A stretch of DNA of 50,082 bases, from positions 1 to 50,082 of the forward strand of contig DATMBX010000046.1 of assembly GCA_035558955.1 (NCBI GenBank), given 5' to 3'. The position numbers and the translations under genes were made by a program. The notes beneath the pieces are model-generated. The model was not told where the DNA came from and made no database searches. It worked only from the letters and a program-made list of their open reading frames with translations. This DNA is from Solirubrobacterales bacterium. Its GTDB lineage: Bacteria; Actinomycetota; Thermoleophilia; Solirubrobacterales; 70-9. Below, one piece after another: positions 45,794-50,082 of this stretch (its first letter is position 1; every line of letters starts with the position of its first letter).

Positions 45794-46756
45794 TTAGGAA
45801 TACCTTTGGACGACGCCATCGGCAACGAGACCCAAGAGGTGTCTCTGCTCGGGGTCGAAGGCCGGGGAGTCGAGCAGCTCTTTGGCGTCGGCGACCATCT
45901 CCAGAGCGCGGGAGCGGACTCTGTCGAGGGCGCCGGTGGCGGCGATGCGGTCGCAGAGGGCTTCGGCCGAGGCAGGGTCGAGGGAGCGAAGGTCCACCGC
46001 GAGCTCGGGGTTGGTCGCAAAGGCTTCGATCGCGGGCAGGGTCACGGTGCCGTCGAGCAGGTCGGTGCCGCGCGCCTTGCCGGTTCGCTCGGGCGGCCCA
46101 CTGACGTCGAGCACGTCGTCGAGAAGCTGAAACGCAAGCCCGACGCGCGCGCCGAAGTCTCCCAGCGCTTCCTCGTCCCGTCCCATCAGGCAGGCGCACT
46201 CGAAGAGCGTCCCCGTCTTCAGGCGGCAGCGCTCCAAGTAGCGCTCTTCGGAGATCGTGACGTCGAACGCGTCGTGGCGCTGGGCCAACTCGCCGCGGGC
46301 GAGAGCGGTCGATGCCTTGGCCAGCAGCGCGACGGAGCGCCCGTCGCCGGACTCGGCGAGCAGGGCGAAGGCGCGGGAGAAGAGCAGGTCGCCGGTCGAG
46401 ACCGCGTGAGCGCGCCCGGAGGTGGCGGCCACGGTGGGCTTTCCACGCCGCAACGGAGCGTCGTCGAGCACGTCGTCGTGGACGAGCGTCGCCATATGGA
46501 CCAGCTCGACCGCGGCGGCGGCGCGCACCGCCGCCGCCTCTCCCTCCGGACCGGCGCAGAGCAGGACCAGCAACGGCCGCAGGCGCTTGCCCCCGGCGGC
46601 AAGCGTCGCGCCGGCGTCCGCGGCGAGCATTTCTCCGTGACCCGCGCTCGCCTCTCTCAGCAAGGTCTCCACCTCCCCCAGCCGAGCCGGGAGCCAACGG
46701 CTGGAAGCATCGAGAACGGCGGTGACCGGCGGAGGGACGGCGGAGGGACGCGTCAC
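45794..46756 (-). CDS. Polyprenyl diphosphate synthase (trans-isoprenyl, menaquinone side-chain type)
   Basis: First DDxxD motif LVHDDVLDD and second motif FQLLDDVLD, with GKRLRP upstream. There is a 4-nt overlap with the menG gene stop. Confidence 0.85.
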   Translation of the reverse strand: MTRPSAVPPPVTAVLDASSRWLPARLGEVETLLREASAGHGEMLAADAGATLAAGGKRLRPLLVLLCAGPEGEAAAVRAAAAVELVHMATLVHDDVLDDAPLRRGKPTVAATSGRAHAVSTGDLLFSRAFALLAESGDGRSVALLAKASTALARGELAQRHDAFDVTISEERYLERCRLKTGTLFECACLMGRDEEALGDFGARVGLAFQLLDDVLDVSGPPERTGKARGTDLLDGTVTLPAIEAFATNPELAVDLRSLDPASAEALCDRIAATGALDRVRSRALEMVADAKELLDSPAFDPEQRHLLGLVADGVVQRYS

Positions 46757-47436
46757 GCCTTGACGCCGCTGTGGATCGCGATGATCCCCCCGGCCAGGAC
46801 TGTGTAGCGGATGCTCTTCAACCCGGCCGCGTCCATCTTGGCCGCGAGGTTGTGCGGGTCGGGAAAGCTGCGCACGGACTCGGGCAGGTAGGAGTAGGCG
46901 GCGGAGTCCCCCGCGAGGGCGCCCAGGACAGGGACCAAGCGATCGAACCAGAGCGAGTAGAAGGTCGAGAGCGGTGGCCGGACGGGCTGGGTGATCTCGA
47001 GGATGACGAGGCGGCCGCCGGGCGAGAGGACGCGGATCATCTCGCGAAGGCCGCCGTCGAGGTCCGCCAGGTTGCGAACGCCGAAGCCGACCGTGACGGC
47101 GTCGAAGCGCCCCTCGTCATAGGGAAGCTGCAGCGCGTCGGCCCACTCGAAGCGCACGCCCTCGACGCCGTGCTCGCTCGCCTTCTCCCGCGCCAGGTCC
47201 AACATCGGCTCGGAGAAGTCGCAGCCGACCACGCGGCCGCCGGGAGCGACCCGCCGGGCCAGCTCCAGGGCGAGGTCGCCGGTGCCGCAGCAGACATCGA
47301 GGGCCGCATCGCCGGGGCGCAGCTCGGCACGGTCGGCGGCGCGCTCGCGCCAGCGGTGGTGCATCCCCGCCGTCATCACCGAGTTCATCGCGTCGTAGCG
47401 ACCGGCGATGCGGTCGAACATGCGGTTGACCTGCAC
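46753..47436 (-). CDS. menG: Demethylmenaquinone / ubiquinone-family methyltransferase (UbiE/MenG)
   Basis: V..MFDRIAGRYDAMNSVMTAGMHHRWR signature, SAM motif LDVCCGTGD, and FGVRN. Confidence 0.9.
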   Translation of the reverse strand: MQVNRMFDRIAGRYDAMNSVMTAGMHHRWRERAADRAELRPGDAALDVCCGTGDLALELARRVAPGGRVVGCDFSEPMLDLAREKASEHGVEGVRFEWADALQLPYDEGRFDAVTVGFGVRNLADLDGGLREMIRVLSPGGRLVILEITQPVRPPLSTFYSLWFDRLVPVLGALAGDSAAYSYLPESVRSFPDPHNLAAKMDAAGLKSIRYTVLAGGIIAIHSGVKA

Positions 47437-47470
47437 CGCGAACTGGGCCGAATCCCGCGAGGGAGTCGAT

Positions 47471-48172
47471 CTAGTCGAGCGAGGCGAGGAAATTGGCGAG
47501 CTCGTCGAGCTTCTGGGGCGGAAGGTCGCGATAGGAAGGCATGATGCCAGGCCCGATCTCCACCGAGCGGACGATCGCCGCGCGCGGCACCCGTTGGGCG
47601 ATGTGGGTCAGGTCCGGGCCGGGCCCGTGGTTGCCGTTTTCGCCGATGTTGTGGCAGGCGAGGCAGCCTGCCGAGGCGGCGACCTCCTTGCCGGCCTCGT
47701 ACTGCGGCGCAACCTCCATCTCGATCTCGGTCGGCGAGCCGGCGACTGCGCCGAGATAGGTGAGGTAGGCCATCGCGACGATGGTGAGGGCGCCGGCGGT
47801 GGTGGCGATCGGGCGGCGGGCGGGGTTGCGCTCCGGCCCGCGGTCGTAGAAGGGCAGGAGGAGGAGCAGGACCATGCAGATGGTCGGGATGCCGATCGTC
47901 GCGATCGGAACCAGCTCGGGCGGTTTGATCACCCGCAGCACCTCGAAGAGGAAGAAGAAGTACCACTCGGGCCGCGGCACGTATGTGGTCGACGTCGGGT
48001 CGGCCTTCGGGCCCTGCTCGGCGCCGAGGACGATCGACATCGCGACGATCACGGCGACGACGATCAGCGCCATCGTCGAGTCCTTCATCACCGCGTAGGG
48101 GAAGAAGGGCTTGCCCTTCTTCTTCAGTACCTCGTACTCCTCGAGGTATGCCTGCTTGTCGGCCGGCTTCAT
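47471..48172 (-). CDS. qcrC: Menaquinol-cytochrome c reductase cytochrome b/c subunit (subunit-IV-like domain fused to a monohaem cytochrome c), Bacillus QcrC type
   Basis: PRPEWYFFFLFEVLR (subunit IV/PetD-like PEWY region), three TM helices and a C-terminal CLACH haem-c motif. The ATG at 48172 overlaps the qcrB stop (ATGA). Confidence 0.8.
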   Translation of the reverse strand: MKPADKQAYLEEYEVLKKKGKPFFPYAVMKDSTMALIVVAVIVAMSIVLGAEQGPKADPTSTTYVPRPEWYFFFLFEVLRVIKPPELVPIATIGIPTICMVLLLLLPFYDRGPERNPARRPIATTAGALTIVAMAYLTYLGAVAGSPTEIEMEVAPQYEAGKEVAASAGCLACHNIGENGNHGPGPDLTHIAQRVPRAAIVRSVEIGPGIMPSYRDLPPQKLDELANFLASLD

Positions 48173-49056
48173 CGGGAAGAGGCTCCGTTGCCCTCGGTCC
48201 CGGCGTCGAGCCGCGACACGGGGGCGGCGACCTTGGGCCTCTCCGCCCTGACCCACGGCGGCGCCGTGGTGCCGAGCTTGACCACGAGGTACAGGTGGGC
48301 GCCGATCAGCGCGATCAGCGCGCCGGGGATGAGCAGCATGTGGATCGCGTAGAAGCGCGACAGCGTCGTCGCCCCCAGCTCAGGGCCGGCGCGCAGGAAG
48401 TCGCTCAGGTACGGGCCGACGATCGGGCCGGTCCCGTTGATGTTGATGCCGACGATCGAAGCCCAGAAGGAGCGCTGGTCGAACGGCAGCAGGTAGCCGG
48501 TGAAGGCCATCGTCATGGTCAGGATCAGCAGCACGACCCCGATCACCCAGTTCAGCTCCCGCGGGTACTTGTAGGCGCCGAAGAAGAAGACGCGGCCCAT
48601 GTGGAGGAAGATCAGGATCACCATCACGCTGGAGCCCCATTTGTGCATCCCGTGCACGAACGAGCCGAGGAAGACGTCGTTGTTGATGTGGGAGATCGAG
48701 GCGTACGCCTGGGTGGTCGAAGGCACGTAGAACATCGCCAGGAAGACGCCGGTGACGGCCTGCGAGATGAAGGCGAAGAGGGTGGCGGAGCCGAGCGTGT
48801 AGAACCAGTTGGTCCCCTTCGGCACTTTGCGGAACAGCATCCCGGTGAGGAAGCCGCTGGCGGCGGTGCGCTGGTCGAGCCAGGCGACGACGTCGACGCC
48901 GGCGTCTTTCGCCTGCTCGGCGACTCTCTGCACGTCGCTGGGCCGCTCCGGCGGGGATTCCTTGAGGTCGGCGGGGGCCTGCCCCTTGGCTGCTGCGCTG
49001 CCCGGCTTCGCCGGTTTGCGGAGGGGCGGGGGAATGATCGAGTCGGGAATCTTCAT
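48169..49056 (-). CDS. qcrB: Cytochrome b6-type subunit of the menaquinol-cytochrome c reductase
   Basis: Short (4-helix) cytochrome b: FYTLGSATLFAFISQAVTGVFLAMFY, HKWGSSVMVILIFLHMGRVFF, AFTGYLLPFDQRSFWA, RFYAIHMLLIPGALIALIGAHL (haem-ligand histidines). Confidence 0.85.
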   Translation of the reverse strand: MKIPDSIIPPPLRKPAKPGSAAAKGQAPADLKESPPERPSDVQRVAEQAKDAGVDVVAWLDQRTAASGFLTGMLFRKVPKGTNWFYTLGSATLFAFISQAVTGVFLAMFYVPSTTQAYASISHINNDVFLGSFVHGMHKWGSSVMVILIFLHMGRVFFFGAYKYPRELNWVIGVVLLILTMTMAFTGYLLPFDQRSFWASIVGININGTGPIVGPYLSDFLRAGPELGATTLSRFYAIHMLLIPGALIALIGAHLYLVVKLGTTAPPWVRAERPKVAAPVSRLDAGTEGNGASSR

Positions 49057-49064
49057 CGCCTAGC

Positions 49065-49763
49065 TCAACCGCTCGGGGGTGGGAAGGTGGACGGGCGCGG
49101 GGGGTAGAGGTATTCCCAGATCCCGCCGGTGAACTCGCCGGGATCGCGGGCGCGGACCGGCTCCATCTGCGAGGTGACGCTGAAGCGGGGCCCGACCTCT
49201 ACCTGGCCGTTGCGGATGCGGGTCTGGAACTGGTCGAGCGGGCGGACCGGCGGGCCGCCGAGCACTTTGCCGACGAAGTCGTAGACGCCGCCGTGACAGG
49301 GGCAGATGAAGTTGCCGGCGGCTTCGACGAAGCGGACCGGACAGCCGAGGTGGGCGCAGCGGTTGGAGACCGCGATGATCTCGTTCGGGTTCTCGCCCAA
49401 CTCCTTGGAGCCCTTGCGGACGTAGGCGGTGGTCTTGCCGGCGTCGCCGATCCCCTCGGTCTCGGTGAAGACGACCTGCCGGTAGGTGTCCGGAACGAAG
49501 TCGTCGACCGGGCCGACCGCCTCCCAACGCTCCTTGCCGCGATGGAAGATCGGCGCCACCGCAAAGCCGACCGCGGGCAGAACGATCGCGGCACCGGCGA
49601 CGCCGCCGAGTCCCTGCGCCGCGACGGTGAAGGCGCGACGGCGGGTCATCGACTCGCCCTCGAAATATCCAGGGGGGTCGGGCTTGGCCCGCTCAGGGGG
49701 GGTCGCCTCGACCCCGTTCGGTTTCTCGACTTGATCGGCCACGGTGCGACAGGTGCAGGGCAC
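49065..49763 (-). CDS. qcrA: Rieske 2Fe-2S subunit of the menaquinol-cytochrome c reductase
   Basis: CAHLGCPV and CPCHGGVY cluster-binding boxes, and a Tat-like RRRAFTV signal-anchor. The start is uncertain (the ORF is open to 49763; MTRRRAF is an internal candidate). Confidence 0.85.
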   Translation of the reverse strand: MPCTCRTVADQVEKPNGVEATPPERAKPDPPGYFEGESMTRRRAFTVAAQGLGGVAGAAIVLPAVGFAVAPIFHRGKERWEAVGPVDDFVPDTYRQVVFTETEGIGDAGKTTAYVRKGSKELGENPNEIIAVSNRCAHLGCPVRFVEAAGNFICPCHGGVYDFVGKVLGGPPVRPLDQFQTRIRNGQVEVGPRFSVTSQMEPVRARDPGEFTGGIWEYLYPPRPSTFPPPSG

Positions 49764-49865
49764 TGGAGTTTATTGCCTCGGCGACGGCGACTGCCGCCCG
49801 GCTGCTTTGTGTAGTACTTGTTAATGAGCTCGGGCGGCTCTTCCGGCTGGTATACAAAGACTCCC

Positions 49866-50082
49866 GTGTCTTCAGGGGCGCCGAGGGGTAGGGATCAGAA
49901 GGGGCCGCGCACGCCCCTGTCGCTGCGACGACCGCGCGCCATGCTCGCGGCGGCTTTCCTCGCAATCGTCGTCCTTGCGGTGCTCGCCCGGGGGGTCGAG
50001 GACAAGCTGAGGCCCAGCTCGCTCAGCATCCCCGGCACCGAGTCCTCGCGCGGCAACGATCTGCTCAAAGAGCATTTCGGAG
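49866..50082 (+). CDS. N-terminal fragment of a second MMPL-family transporter (runs off the window)
   Basis: My translation ...RRPRAMLAAAFLAIVVLAVLARGVEDKLRPSSLSIPGTESSRGNDLLKEHFG parallels the N-terminus of the 38255-41578 MMPL (RHPRRVLVLSGIVVVFLGVLGLGLDEKLSPTTLDISGTSASRANELLREHFG). In-frame start candidates are ATG 49824, GTG 49866 and ATG 49941. Confidence 0.55.
   Translation, partial: MSSGAPRGRDQKGPRTPLSLRRPRAMLAAAFLAIVVLAVLARGVEDKLRPSSLSIPGTESSRGNDLLKEHFG

Overview
This is a very GC-rich, gene-dense bacterial chromosome segment. Codon third positions are almost all G/C. The gene content looks actinobacterial and is most reminiscent of deep-branching Actinomycetota such as Thermoleophilia or Rubrobacteria, but that is inference only. 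All product names come from motif recognition by eye, since no database search was possible. I support about 50 protein genes and 2 tRNAs. I found no rRNA, no CRISPR array, and no transposase, integrase or phage genes.

Layout from left to right:
- 1-5 kb: an ArgRS-like paralogue (truncated at the window edge), a SAM methyltransferase, an ATP-grasp ligase, two divergent hypothetical genes and tRNA-Arg(CCT).
- 5-14 kb: pyrE, a vapBC toxin-antitoxin pair, and cell-envelope genes (L,D-transpeptidase, CPBP protease, small MscS-like channel, class A PBP, GT87-like mannosyltransferase, UPF0104 membrane protein), then thiL.
- 14-20 kb: an OmpR-type response regulator, a histidine kinase and an HtrA protease (an MprAB-PepD-like arrangement), followed by treT and otsA.
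- 20-26.7 kb: rpsF-ssb-rpsR-rplI, convergent with dnaB plus a translationally coupled DnaC/DnaI-like loader, then a membrane protein and purA.
- 26.8-43.4 kb: the most unusual block. It holds six translationally coupled Mce/MlaD genes with no YrbE/MlaE permease or MceG ATPase gene beside them, a TetR regulator and a 1107-aa MMPL transporter. These are bracketed by four paralogous genes for secreted ~250-aa proteins with four conserved cysteines, which I cannot assign to any known family. The block ends at tRNA-Lys(CTT) and an AT-rich cluster of TAGACG palindromes.
- 43.5-50 kb: tatA-tatC, a polyprenyl synthase, menG, a Bacillus-type split qcrA-qcrB-qcrC, and the start of a second MMPL gene at the window edge.

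At the nucleotide level there are several long, perfect, AT-centred inverted repeats. One of them sits in frame inside the mannosyltransferase gene.
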